The notes beneath the pieces are model-generated. The model did no database searches. It was not told the DNA's origin and saw nothing but the letters and a program-made list of their open reading frames with translations. DNA of 64,000 nt from a virus (lineage: Duplodnaviria; Caudoviricetes). This document shows, one piece after another, positions 29,808 through 39,902 of this stretch; position 1 is the first letter of the stretch, and each line of letters opens with the position of its first letter. The stretch covers positions 1 through 64,000 of IMG/VR virus record IMGVR_UViG_2617271079_000001; one strand, 5' to 3'. The translations under genes and the position numbers were made by a program.

Positions 29808-31280
29808 ATGACGAAGTATCTTTCGTTCGAAGGTAGTACGTCTTACTTGAAATTGCCTGTTTTAACACTCGATAAGATTGTTTTAGACGTTTATGTAGAT
29901 GTCGCTAACAACCCAGCTTCTCCCGTTAGGTATCTTTTCGATGCGAGAACGGGGGTCACAAATGCCTTAATATACAATGGCTCATATAGTTCTGGAATTG
30001 GAACTCCATTGAACGTTTTTATTAATGACGATTCAACGGTTGTCAATCAGGTTACTAAATGGATAGATATACCGAAAAGCGTGAGGCAGAAGATGTTCAT
30101 CTCACCTTCATCAAACGGGGTTACATTTACAGACGATATAACCGTATTTTCTCATAACAACGGTTCGAGTTGCGGTATTGGTAAGTTATACGATGTTAAG
30201 TGTTATCTAAATGGTACTGTCATCGCACACTACGACATGTCAACCGGAACAGTCCAAGACCAATCCGGCAACGGCAATCACGCCACGCTAGTCGGAGGAA
30301 CTTGGGTAGACGACGGCACAGGTGGAACACCTACAGAAATGACGGGGTCTTCTACTTTAAAGGGTTCAGGGATACTTGATGTAAATGGTCAATTGATTAA
30401 AAATGCTACTGTTGTCTTAAGTGGCACCGGTGAACTCGAAGCTACTGGAGAAAAAGTTACTGTCATCACTTCCTCAGCAATCCTAACGGCAAAGGGAATC
30501 ATTGAAGCGGCAGGGAATCGTGAAGTAAATGTATCTTCGGCTCTAGTCGGGTCAGGTTTGCTTGAAATATCTGTCGGAGATGTAACTGTCATTACAGCTT
30601 CAGCCAATCTCATTGGAGTAGGGAACCTCATCGCAGAAGGTATTCGGATAGTGAATGCTTCAGCTGATATTATAGGCGATGGTGATTTATATGCACACGG
30701 TGAACGTATTGTTCAATCTGGGGCTGTCTTAAACGGTACAGGCTTATTTGAAGCAACCAGTCAGAGGATAGTAATTGCTGATGCTGAATTAATCGCCAGT
30801 GGGAAGCTGAACATTATACAAGGTGAACCGATCATTGGAAAGATTCCTATTAGGGGAAGACGAGAATTGTATGTATACCTGGTAGGTAAACGAGAGCTTT
30901 TCGCACCTATTAAGGCTAAAAGGGAATTGTACATAAACTTAAGGGGTGATCTTAATGTGACTATTGAAAATGCGTTAATCAAGATGTTTGCCGGTGATAC
31001 AAAGTATTTGCCAATTGAAATCGAGGGTGTATCAGACTTTTCTGGGTCCATTCTTAAATGGGCTTTCATGAAATCCATCTACCAGCCGGATATCTTACTG
31101 ATGAAAACCTTTGATGACGGAGTAACCATTGTAGAAGGGCAGCCTCATGTGAAGCTAAATCCTGAAGATACCATGAACATTTCAGGTAAGCATTACTATG
31201 AAGTGGAATTCACTGATGCAATCGGGAATGTTTCCACCGTCGCTACAGGTCAAATCGATATTATGAAGAGTGGTGTTTGA
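29808..31280 (+). CDS. putative head fibre: lectin-like N-domain, Gly-repeat stalk, BppU-like C-domain
   Basis: DQSGNGNHATL, ~19-aa GxGxL repeats, KRELY-type motif three times, GKHYYEVEFTD. Confidence 0.55.
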   Translation: MTKYLSFEGSTSYLKLPVLTLDKIVLDVYVDVANNPASPVRYLFDARTGVTNALIYNGSYSSGIGTPLNVFINDDSTVVNQVTKWIDIPKSVRQKMFISPSSNGVTFTDDITVFSHNNGSSCGIGKLYDVKCYLNGTVIAHYDMSTGTVQDQSGNGNHATLVGGTWVDDGTGGTPTEMTGSSTLKGSGILDVNGQLIKNATVVLSGTGELEATGEKVTVITSSAILTAKGIIEAAGNREVNVSSALVGSGLLEISVGDVTVITASANLIGVGNLIAEGIRIVNASADIIGDGDLYAHGERIVQSGAVLNGTGLFEATSQRIVIADAELIASGKLNIIQGEPIIGKIPIRGRRELYVYLVGKRELFAPIKAKRELYINLRGDLNVTIENALIKMFAGDTKYLPIEIEGVSDFSGSILKWAFMKSIYQPDILLMKTFDDGVTIVEGQPHVKLNPEDTMNISGKHYYEVEFTDAIGNVSTVATGQIDIMKSGV

Positions 31281-31583
31281 AGATGGACGTAAGCAAAGGA
31301 AGATGCCCAAATAAGCAAAAGGGCTGTGAGTGCAATCGGGTGTGTGCAGCCCTTTACGGGAAACACGCTCGTTCTCTTCGTCAAGATGCGATGGACGAGA
31401 CAGATCCATTGAAGAAAGAAGAAAAGACCCGTACCTGGCAAGGTTTTATCAATAAATACGCAAAGAAAATATAAAATACCAAATAAGCACTCGGATGAGT
31501 GTTTTTTCTTTTGTCTTTTCCTCTGTAGACGCTATAAAGAACAGTGAGAATAGCCCACTAAGGCTTAATTTAGGAGGAAACAC

Positions 31584-32330
31584 ATGAATACAATCAAATC
31601 TCTTATGCTGTCCATTCTCTTATTCGCTCAATCATTCTTCAAGAAGGATAAACGTCCTGTTCTTTCCACATACAAACCAATAAAACTTGATCTTCAGTTC
31701 TTCGCGGATGGCGGAGAAGGAGGAGATGGTGGTGATGGCGGAGGAGACGACGGAGGCGATGGAGGAAGCGGTGGCAGTAACAAACCGTTTGCAACATTCA
31801 ATTCAAAGGATGAGCTCGACAAACGCTTGGGCCGGGCGGAAAGAAAAGGCCAGAAGGAACTAGCCAAAACGCTAGGCTTTGACTCTGTGGAAGCGATGCA
31901 AGAAGCATTAAAGAAACCTGACGACCAAAACAACAAAGATAAGGATAAGAATGGCGACCCCGTTGATGTTGACAAGCTCGTTGAAGAAAAGCTGAAAGTA
32001 GAGCGGGAGAAATCATTTCTTCGTCTTCGTAATGCTGAAGTGAAGATCCAGGCAAAGGATTTGGATTTCACGGATTGGGAAGATGCTCTTGTCTTAGCTG
32101 ATTTTACTGACGTCAAAGAAGACGACAAAGGAAACATTGTCGGAGTGAAAGAAGCTCTCGAAGAACTCGCTAAAAAGAAACCACATCTTTTAAAAGCGAA
32201 GAGTAATTCTTTCGGAGGGAACATCCCCAATAGTCAACAGAGCACTACTAAGTCTCTGGAAGACATCAAGAAGATGGCACAGTCACGCAATGCATCAAAT
32301 AATACTGCCTACAATCCGTGGGCGAAATAA
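31584..32330 (+). CDS. capsid scaffold protein
   Basis: LDLQFFA motif, Gly/Asp linker, coiled coil, KPHLL. Confidence 0.85.
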   Translation: MNTIKSLMLSILLFAQSFFKKDKRPVLSTYKPIKLDLQFFADGGEGGDGGDGGGDDGGDGGSGGSNKPFATFNSKDELDKRLGRAERKGQKELAKTLGFDSVEAMQEALKKPDDQNNKDKDKNGDPVDVDKLVEEKLKVEREKSFLRLRNAEVKIQAKDLDFTDWEDALVLADFTDVKEDDKGNIVGVKEALEELAKKKPHLLKAKSNSFGGNIPNSQQSTTKSLEDIKKMAQSRNASNNTAYNPWAK

Positions 32331-32349
32331 GAAAGAGGAGGAATAGTAC

Positions 32350-32724
32350 ATGCGTTTACAACCATATCAAGCATTTGAAGTTGAAGGCGATTTTGAAATC
32401 CTGGCATCCAGAAAGGTAGTCCGTGAAGTAACGAACGGAATCACGATTGATTCATCTGTCGTAACTGCCGATGGTGATGGAAAGAAAATCTTGAAAAAAG
32501 GTTACCCGGTCGGAAAGCTGGCCAACGGCAAGTATGGTCCTTATGATTCTACCAAATCCAACGGGCAGGAAAGCCCTTCTGTCCTTATCAAGGAAACGAT
32601 TGACGTTACTGCCGGTGATCACATTGTCGGAGGTTATGAAGTGGCCAAGGTTTACGCTGACCGCCTGCCGGTTACCGTTGATGCAACACTTAAAGGCAAA
32701 ATGCCTCAGATCGTCTTTGCTTAA
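32350..32724 (+). CDS. head decoration protein
   Basis: Between scaffold and major capsid; GKYGPYD..NGQE. Confidence 0.7.
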   Translation: MRLQPYQAFEVEGDFEILASRKVVREVTNGITIDSSVVTADGDGKKILKKGYPVGKLANGKYGPYDSTKSNGQESPSVLIKETIDVTAGDHIVGGYEVAKVYADRLPVTVDATLKGKMPQIVFA

Positions 32725-32760
32725 TATAAATAAACTTATTTTCGAGGAGGAATACCACTC

Positions 32761-33894
32761 ATGACTGTAAAGAAACCAAAACTTTTACGTTTAGATATCC
32801 AATATTTCGCCGGTGGCGGAAGCGAAGGGAATCCTGTTTCCCACTCACTTGAGCAGGCATTATCCGGACAGGAGCTGCTTGTTTATTCCCGTAACCTAGC
32901 AACGCCGAACACATACCTACAGGATCTTTTATTCCCGGCCCGTCAGACATCTGAATTGACTGTTGATCTTATCCGTGAAGGTTCCCGCTTACCGGTAATG
33001 GCACAAGTTGCTGAACTCGGTACTGAAATCCAGTTCGGTGCCCGTGAAGGGATGACTGGTGACCGTGTAACGATCCCTAAGATTCAACGTGGTCGTGCGA
33101 TGGAAGAAAAACTGGTTCGCACTATGCTTATGGGAGGTCTTCGTTCTGCCGAAGTGGAAGAAATTCGCCGCACACAGCTCGATGATGCCGCATATGCAGT
33201 AGATGCCATCAAAGCCCGTAAAGAGTGGTTAGCGATGCAAGCCATTTCAAAAGGCGCAGTTCAGTACGCTGAGGATGGTGTCCAGTTTGCTGTAGACTTC
33301 GGTTATACATCTGAACAGAAGCCGGTTCTATCTGGTACTGATCTATGGAGCGATACTACAGCTTCTAATCCACTTACCGACATCCAAGGATGGGTAGAAA
33401 CTCAAGCGGATAAAGGAATCATCCTGAGCCGCGCACTAGCATCTCGCCGTGTCATTTCGTACCTGCTTCAAAACTTAAGTTTGCGTAAGGCATATTTCGG
33501 TGATCCATCCGGTTCAGCTAACCCACCTCAGTTGAACCAAGCCCAGCTTAACAGCCTATTTGATACACTTGGTCTTCCTCAGGTAGTTGCGTATGATACG
33601 CAGGCCCGTGTTGAAAATCGAGCTTTAACAAACGGAAAAGTAGGATTCTCCAACGTCCGGATGATGCCACAGGATCGTTTCGTATTGCTTCCTGCAGGTG
33701 AACTTGGTAACTTCCTATGGGCACAGACAACTGAAGAATTGGTGGCTGGAATTGAAGGAGAAACAAATTCAAACGGTATCTTCGTATTCCGTGACATCGA
33801 GAAGAACCCGATTGTTGTGAAGACAATGGGTGTAAATCTTGCGTTCCCAGCGTTCGGTCTAAATGATGCAGTCGTTGCAGCTACAGTAATCTAA
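32761..33894 (+). CDS. major capsid protein (gpE-like)
   Basis: Size, position, ARKEWLAMQAI, VDFG, terminator downstream. Confidence 0.88.
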   Translation: MTVKKPKLLRLDIQYFAGGGSEGNPVSHSLEQALSGQELLVYSRNLATPNTYLQDLLFPARQTSELTVDLIREGSRLPVMAQVAELGTEIQFGAREGMTGDRVTIPKIQRGRAMEEKLVRTMLMGGLRSAEVEEIRRTQLDDAAYAVDAIKARKEWLAMQAISKGAVQYAEDGVQFAVDFGYTSEQKPVLSGTDLWSDTTASNPLTDIQGWVETQADKGIILSRALASRRVISYLLQNLSLRKAYFGDPSGSANPPQLNQAQLNSLFDTLGLPQVVAYDTQARVENRALTNGKVGFSNVRMMPQDRFVLLPAGELGNFLWAQTTEELVAGIEGETNSNGIFVFRDIEKNPIVVKTMGVNLAFPAFGLNDAVVAATVI

Positions 33895-33898
33895 TCGT

Positions 33899-33928
33899 AA
33901 GGGCGTCTCCGGACGCTCTTTTATTTTT
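33899..33928 (+). terminator. intrinsic terminator after capsid gene
   Basis: AAGGGCGTC-TCCG-GACGCTCTT-TTT. Confidence 0.7.
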
Positions 33929-33946
33929 GTATAAGGAGGAATTGAC

Positions 33947-34219
33947 ATGCACTTAATTTCTAACGGATCAATTAAACATAATGGTAAATGGTATCAAGCC
34001 GGTGACAAGTTCCAGGTGAAGAAGGAAGAAGGCGAGCGTCTAATTTCCCATGACATTGCAAAAGCAGATGAAGAAGCAAACAAACAGCAGGCTGAAGCAG
34101 ATGCGAAGAAAAAGGAAGAGGAAGAGCTAGCGGCTAAAGAAGCAGAAGAAGCAGCTAAAAAAGAGGCTGACGACAGTGGTGAAAGCAAAAAGAAAAGCAA
34201 ATCGAAAGATAAAGGGTAA
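33947..34219 (+). CDS. small head-associated protein
   Basis: HNGKWYQAGD; charged tail. Confidence 0.6.
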   Translation: MHLISNGSIKHNGKWYQAGDKFQVKKEEGERLISHDIAKADEEANKQQAEADAKKKEEEELAAKEAEEAAKKEADDSGESKKKSKSKDKG

Positions 34220-34224
34220 TTCCC

Positions 34225-34608
34225 ATGGCGGTAAATGTATCTGATGTGTTCGCATTCATTGAGCAGAATGTATTGGACAAGTCAGCATGGGAGAAGGCAA
34301 ACAATCAGGAAATCGCCATTAATCAAGCGACTATTCACCTTACTCGTTGGTACCCACTTACGGATCTTACAGCTGATGTGGTCGCTTACCAATCCATCTG
34401 GGAAGTGGAAGGTGCGGATCCTGCCCTGAAATATCAGAAACAGGGTGTGAAGTACGTCAGTGATGGTGGCGAACGAATCGATTATGAAAAACGTGATCGA
34501 GTCGCTCCGGACGTGAGGGAAATCCTTGGACCTCCAGCCTTTGAGGTAATTGAGGAGTTGGAAGAAGAGGAAGAACCGGTTGAGCTTTATGGCGGTGAGC
34601 TTCTATGA
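34225..34608 (+). CDS. head-tail adaptor
   Basis: Synteny. Confidence 0.6.
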   Translation: MAVNVSDVFAFIEQNVLDKSAWEKANNQEIAINQATIHLTRWYPLTDLTADVVAYQSIWEVEGADPALKYQKQGVKYVSDGGERIDYEKRDRVAPDVREILGPPAFEVIEELEEEEEPVELYGGELL

Positions 34609-34922
34609 GCTTATTTGGATACCCAGCAACAGTGATCCACCAACAGGCTATTATCGACGACTGGAATCGGGTAACCGGATACACCTCGAAAACCAAAGCG
34701 GCCAAGGTGGTTGAAGAACAGAAGGTTGTAAAAAATGCCAAAGGTGAGGATGTTCAATCTATTGCTGAGATCCATTTGGAGGGTCCTCAACAAATAAATT
34801 CGAATGATCACTTCGATTATGAGAATGCCTTTGGTGAAACAGTGTCTTATTACATTAAACATATTGAGGTAAAGAAGCAACTCGGGACCGATGAAGTAAA
34901 GAAAGTGATTGTCTATGGCTGA
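34605..34922 (+). CDS. head-tail stopper
   Basis: Synteny. Confidence 0.6.
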   Translation: MSLFGYPATVIHQQAIIDDWNRVTGYTSKTKAAKVVEEQKVVKNAKGEDVQSIAEIHLEGPQQINSNDHFDYENAFGETVSYYIKHIEVKKQLGTDEVKKVIVYG

Positions 34923-35355
34923 TTACTTTTTTGACATTGAAGGAATCGATCTAATGCTCGATTACATGGATCGAATCGATGAAGAAATGGAGAGGCGTAT
35001 CGATCAAACGCTTAAAAAGTTGGCTAAGAAAATCATTTTCGACGCTAAGAAGCTTGCACCGGTTGACTCGGGTGACCTTGAAGCAGCCTTAATTATTGAT
35101 AATGTCGTGACTACCCTTCGTCAAAAGTACATTGATTTCGGAAACAGTCCAGAAGTGGACCATTATGCGGTTGTGCAACATGAAGGATTCCGAAAAACAA
35201 GTGCAGGAACTGTAATTTATATGTCACCAAGGGAAGTTACTGAATCCAAAGGTCCTCACAAAGGGTTCCTCCCTGGTAAGAAGTTCTTGGAGAACGCGAT
35301 CAAAATAAATGAAGAGCTGATTTTAAGAGAACTTGCCCAGGCGCTAGGATTTTAG
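34915..35355 (+). CDS. HK97 gp10-like neck protein
   Basis: AKKLAPVDSGDL, YAVVQHEG, KFLENA. Confidence 0.8.
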   Translation: MADYFFDIEGIDLMLDYMDRIDEEMERRIDQTLKKLAKKIIFDAKKLAPVDSGDLEAALIIDNVVTTLRQKYIDFGNSPEVDHYAVVQHEGFRKTSAGTVIYMSPREVTESKGPHKGFLPGKKFLENAIKINEELILRELAQALGF

Positions 35356-35366
35356 GCGGTGAATGA

Positions 35367-35780
35367 ATGAGAGCGAAAGAATTTATTGAACATCTTGTAT
35401 CACTCGGGTATTCGGTATTTCCAGATGCAAATATTATGCCTGAACTTGAAATGAGTAGAGGTCCCACCCTCTTTGTTATGAGCTCTGCAAGTTCGCCGGC
35501 CGACCGTGATATTCCGATTGAGTTCCCTTCCTTTCAAGTCATTGTAAAGGGTGAGAACTATAAAAATGATGTATCTCAAATGGATAAAACAGAGCAGTTG
35601 GCCAAGCAACTTATTTATGATTTGCGAACAGAAAACAGTCAAGTGATTGGTGAGAACTTGGTGTATTACATCCGGGCGAATCAAAGTAACCCCATCCCGA
35701 TTGGATTAGATGATCAATACAGACCAACATTCTCCACCAATTTCAGTTTGAAGATACAACCTATCTATGAAGGGAGTTAG
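35367..35780 (+). CDS. tail terminator / minor capsid protein
   Basis: PSFQVIVKG, IGLDDQYRPTFSTNF. Confidence 0.7.
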   Translation: MRAKEFIEHLVSLGYSVFPDANIMPELEMSRGPTLFVMSSASSPADRDIPIEFPSFQVIVKGENYKNDVSQMDKTEQLAKQLIYDLRTENSQVIGENLVYYIRANQSNPIPIGLDDQYRPTFSTNFSLKIQPIYEGS

Positions 35781-35785
35781 ATGAA

Positions 35786-36337
35786 ATGGCTGGTAATTTA
35801 AATGTAATTGATGTACCACTGGGGCCTGCAACGGCCGAATACGGGACAACCACTCCAACGATCTACAACGTAACTAAAGGAGGGGTGAACTTTAAGGCTA
35901 ATACAACCAAAAAGGATGTAACGATTGACCAATTTGGTGATACTCCTGTTAAATCCGTCATCAAAGGTCGAACGTGCCAGGCAACGATCCCAATGGCTGA
36001 ATCGGATTTAAAAAAATTATTCGTGGCCATTCCTAATGCCAAGTATGCAGAAGATGCCACTGATCCAGCAGCAATCAAAAAGCGTATTGATGTTTATGCC
36101 AATGCAGGATACAACTTAATGCAAGATGCAGACAAGCTGGTAATTAAGCCTACATCGGATGATACAACAGCAAATGATTATGTAACGATTCCAAACGCGG
36201 TTCCACTAACTGATGTTGATTGGACGTATGATGCAGACAATGAGCGTGTTGCCTTGGTCACGTTTGTAGGATATCCGGATTCAGAAGGATTGCTATATAC
36301 CCTGGGAGACGAATCAGTAACGGTACCAGTATCTTAA
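35786..36337 (+). CDS. major tail (tube) protein
   Basis: TKGGVNF, IDQFGDTPV; terminator downstream. Confidence 0.8.
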   Translation: MAGNLNVIDVPLGPATAEYGTTTPTIYNVTKGGVNFKANTTKKDVTIDQFGDTPVKSVIKGRTCQATIPMAESDLKKLFVAIPNAKYAEDATDPAAIKKRIDVYANAGYNLMQDADKLVIKPTSDDTTANDYVTIPNAVPLTDVDWTYDADNERVALVTFVGYPDSEGLLYTLGDESVTVPVS

Positions 36338-36375
36338 AAGGGGGAGCTATAGGCTCTCCTTTTTTATATGGAGGA

Positions 36376-36762
36376 ATGACGATGCTCAATCAATTCAAGA
36401 AAAGTTTTCTCAACGAAAATGAAATGTATTTAGGTGACAAAAAGGTTCAAATAAGAAAGATCACGCCTAGCAAATGGAAAGAACTCTTTTCGATGCTAGA
36501 CAAGCTCCCCGGCCTCATGCTCCAAGTCTTTACCGCCCCGAAAAGCGATTATTATCAAACTCTAATTGTGGCTCTTGAAGTTGCCATGGATGAGGTGCTT
36601 GATATTGTATCCGCCCTAACAGGTATTGAAAAATCTTACCTTGAAAATGACGAAAACAACGTTGGGATGGATGAAATAATCTCTTATCTATCCAAAATGG
36701 CAAAGCATAACAACTTGCGAGATATGGCAAAAAACGTGAAAAGCCTTCTTCCAGAAAGGTAG
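36376..36762 (+). CDS. tail assembly chaperone
   Basis: Between tail tube and tape measure; slippery heptamer near 3' end. Confidence 0.8.
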   Translation: MTMLNQFKKSFLNENEMYLGDKKVQIRKITPSKWKELFSMLDKLPGLMLQVFTAPKSDYYQTLIVALEVAMDEVLDIVSALTGIEKSYLENDENNVGMDEIISYLSKMAKHNNLRDMAKNVKSLLPER

Positions 36763-37094
36763 AAGGCGAAGATAAGATTACATCCGACGAGTTCCTTTAC
36801 CAAGCATCCTTACAGTTAAATATTGCTCAAAAAACATTGGAAGAAAATTATTACATGGCTGATCTTCCTAGGATTTTAGAAGACATAGCCATTCAAAAGA
36901 ACAAGCAGATTCTTGAAAAGATCATGATCCAACTGACCACCAATAATCGTTCCTTTGATCAAGATGAACATAAGCAAGTTATGAACCAGATCATCAAAGG
37001 GGCTGGTGTTGAAAAGTCAAATGATAAGTTCGACCGACAAGCGTTCGAAAAGCTTCGTTTTCTTACCGATATGGGAGCAAATAAGTCGAAATAG
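36729..37094 (+). CDS. -1 frameshift extension of tail chaperone
   Basis: A AAA AAC at 36729-36735; the -1 frame is open to 37094. Confidence 0.8.
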   Translation, partial: KKREKPSSRKVEGEDKITSDEFLYQASLQLNIAQKTLEENYYMADLPRILEDIAIQKNKQILEKIMIQLTTNNRSFDQDEHKQVMNQIIKGAGVEKSNDKFDRQAFEKLRFLTDMGANKSK

Positions 37095-37109
37095 AAAGGA
37101 GGAACGCAT

Positions 37110-39890
37110 GTGGCAATAAACTTAGGGGAGTTAAGAGCACGACTAACAATGGATGCACAAGAATTCACTCGAAGAATGAGGGAAGCTCGTGGATCTCTTG
37201 AAGAAACAAGAAGTTCTACTTTGCGAGCTCGAGAAAGTTTTAGCAAGATGCAGACAGCCATGTTTGCGGTGGCGGCAGCTGTAGGAACTGGTCTTGGCGC
37301 TTCCATCAATGTTGCCCGTAACTTTGAAGAAGCCATGAGTCGTGTAAAAGCGATCAGCGGGGCCACAGGAGACGAATTTGAAGCTCTAAAGGCAAAAGCT
37401 AAGGAACTGGGTGCAACTACTCAATTCTCGGCTACTGAAGCGGCACAAGGTATGGAATACCTCTCGATGGCTGGTTTTAAAGTTAACGATATTATAGGCG
37501 CAATGCCTTCTGTGTTGAACTTAGCGGCGGCCGCGAAACTCGATCTCGGACGATCGGCTGATATTGTCTCAAACATCATGACTGGTTTTGGTGTTAAAGC
37601 AGAAGATGCCAGTGGAGCGGTTGATGTGCTCGTTAAAACAATGACAACTGCCAATACTGATCTTCCTCAGTTAGGAGATGCGATGAAGTATGTGGCGCCT
37701 GTAGCATCTTCCTTGGGATTATCCATTGAAGAAACAGCTGCAGCGGTGGCTAAAATGTCAGATGCCGGAATACAAGGTAGCCAGGCAGGTACTTCCTTAC
37801 GTGCGGCTCTCCTTTCTCTTTCGAATCCTGTTGGCCAAACAGAAAAGGCAATGAACAGGCTAAACATTGAAGTCTTGAACTCTGAAGGAAATATGAAATC
37901 ATTACCTGAATTAATCGGTCATGTTTCTGAAAAAATGGAAGGCATGACTGACGCCCAAAAAACAGCTACTGCAGCTCAATTAGTTGGCACTGAAGCGGCG
38001 TCTGGTTTCGTAACTTTGCTTGGAGTCGGGGAAGACGCGCTCGCTGATTATACGAAAACCTTAGAAAACTCTGGGGGCACAGCGGAGAGGGTAGCGAAAA
38101 CTCAGATGGAGAATCTCAACGGGGCACTGAAAGAACTTCAATCGGCGGCTGAAGGACTTGGGATTGAAATCGGAGAAGAACTCTTGCCTGTTATTACAGA
38201 TTTTGTGAAATATGGCATTGATATTGTCCGAATGGTCCAGGATATGGACTCAGCGACTTTACAAGCCAATATTGCTTTTGTAGGAACTACTGCAGCCATT
38301 GGTGCAATCATCACGACACTTGTGAAGTTTGGCGTTGCGATAAGAGGGCTTTTTGTTTCTCTTGGTCCAGCAGGTTGGTTGATTGCAGGATTATCATTGC
38401 TCGGCGGAGCCATTGTGAGTGCAAATGTATACCAAAAGGAATTCAATGAAGTGAACTTAGAGAGTGTAAATGCTCTCCAGGAGCAAAAAGACAAACTGAG
38501 TGCCAACATCACTGAATATGAGAAATTAAGTAGCAAATCAAGGCTAACAAACGATGAGTTAGCACGCTTTGTAGATATTAATTCTGAACTAAACAAAACG
38601 GCAAATCCTGAAATAATTGCTCAGTTAAAAGAACAGCAACAATACCTTTACGAGAAATCTGGACTTTCAAATGATGAGTTAGATCGGATGATTACATTGA
38701 ATGGCCAGATTGTAGAGGCGGTCCCTGAATCAAATACAGTTCTAACTGAGCAAGGTAATATCTTACTTGATAATACAGATGCCGCTCGGGAGTTTAATGC
38801 TGAGCAAGTTGAAATGATTCGCCTGGAACTTGAAGCAAAGAGGACCAAACTAGAGGCGAATATGGAAGAAAATCTTCGCAAAGAGGAAGAAGCTCAAAAG
38901 GCCATTAATCGAGCGAAAGAACGCATGATCGAATTGGATCAGATGGAGAAAGACGAGATCGGTTTAATTAGCCAATTAGAGGCGGACTTGGCTGCGGCTA
39001 AAGAAAGAGGAGATACCCTAGAAATTGATAGGCTAAACGAGACCATTGCTCTTCACAAAAATAAATTATCCAGTATCGATAAACAACAAGCGGAACAAGC
39101 CGAGTTAGTTCTAGAAAAGGCAAAAGAAGTTGATAAAATTCAGCAAGAGATTGGAAAACTTGATACCGTTAAGCAACAGATGGTGGAAATCGAGTTGAAG
39201 CAAGCAGGTATCAATGCCAAAAAAGGGGAAGAAATGCGTACCCTTGAAAATGAACTCGGTACGCTTTACCAACAAAAATCTGAGTTGGATAACATCAAGG
39301 ATGCAGCCACTCGAAACACTGCTGAATATCGCCAAGCTAAAGCGGAAATTGAAGCGAAGATTGGAAAGCTTGAAGGTGTTCGTAGCAAGATCCAATCAAT
39401 TATTGGCACTGCAGATGCAATGAACAGTCGTCTGGGTCAGTCAATAACTAAAAGAATCTATATTGAAGAATACGGAGCCAAATCTTATTCTCAGGCTAGA
39501 AGAGCATATGAGGGGGTCGGCGGAAGCCTTTATCATACAGGTGGGGTTGTAGGTATGCCGAGACTTCACACAGGCGGTATGGCTTCTCAGTTCGCTTCAG
39601 CACCTTCTCATAATGAAATCGATGTGAGGCTACTCAGGAACGAGACAGTTCTGACGGAGGCCCAACAGTCTAACCTATTTAAAATGATTGACGCCGGTAT
39701 GTCTCCAGGTGCCGATTCTGCAATGCGTGAAATGGCTATGGAGGTTTTAAATATTCTATCAAGCATTAATCAAAACATTAAGAATAAAAGCGGAAATGTA
39801 TATTTTGACAACAGAGCAGTGGGTAAGGTTCTAGAGCCTATCATTACCGAGTTCCAAAATTACAAAGCCCAGGATAAAAAAGCATTTTAA
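37110..39890 (+). CDS. tail tape measure protein
   Basis: TP901-type core FSATEAAQGMEYLSMAG, GIQGSQAGTSLR. Confidence 0.95.
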   Translation: MAINLGELRARLTMDAQEFTRRMREARGSLEETRSSTLRARESFSKMQTAMFAVAAAVGTGLGASINVARNFEEAMSRVKAISGATGDEFEALKAKAKELGATTQFSATEAAQGMEYLSMAGFKVNDIIGAMPSVLNLAAAAKLDLGRSADIVSNIMTGFGVKAEDASGAVDVLVKTMTTANTDLPQLGDAMKYVAPVASSLGLSIEETAAAVAKMSDAGIQGSQAGTSLRAALLSLSNPVGQTEKAMNRLNIEVLNSEGNMKSLPELIGHVSEKMEGMTDAQKTATAAQLVGTEAASGFVTLLGVGEDALADYTKTLENSGGTAERVAKTQMENLNGALKELQSAAEGLGIEIGEELLPVITDFVKYGIDIVRMVQDMDSATLQANIAFVGTTAAIGAIITTLVKFGVAIRGLFVSLGPAGWLIAGLSLLGGAIVSANVYQKEFNEVNLESVNALQEQKDKLSANITEYEKLSSKSRLTNDELARFVDINSELNKTANPEIIAQLKEQQQYLYEKSGLSNDELDRMITLNGQIVEAVPESNTVLTEQGNILLDNTDAAREFNAEQVEMIRLELEAKRTKLEANMEENLRKEEEAQKAINRAKERMIELDQMEKDEIGLISQLEADLAAAKERGDTLEIDRLNETIALHKNKLSSIDKQQAEQAELVLEKAKEVDKIQQEIGKLDTVKQQMVEIELKQAGINAKKGEEMRTLENELGTLYQQKSELDNIKDAATRNTAEYRQAKAEIEAKIGKLEGVRSKIQSIIGTADAMNSRLGQSITKRIYIEEYGAKSYSQARRAYEGVGGSLYHTGGVVGMPRLHTGGMASQFASAPSHNEIDVRLLRNETVLTEAQQSNLFKMIDAGMSPGADSAMREMAMEVLNILSSINQNIKNKSGNVYFDNRAVGKVLEPIITEFQNYKAQDKKAF

Positions 39891-39902
39891 GGGGGGTTCA
39901 GG

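Noticed and set aside
31707-31780. GGN-rich repeat
   Set aside because: Encodes the Gly/Asp linker of the scaffold protein
31694-39395. Numerous minus-strand ORFs in the structural region (also 963-1442, 5004-5285 and similar)
   Set aside because: Shadow frames of well-supported genes, without recognisable motifs
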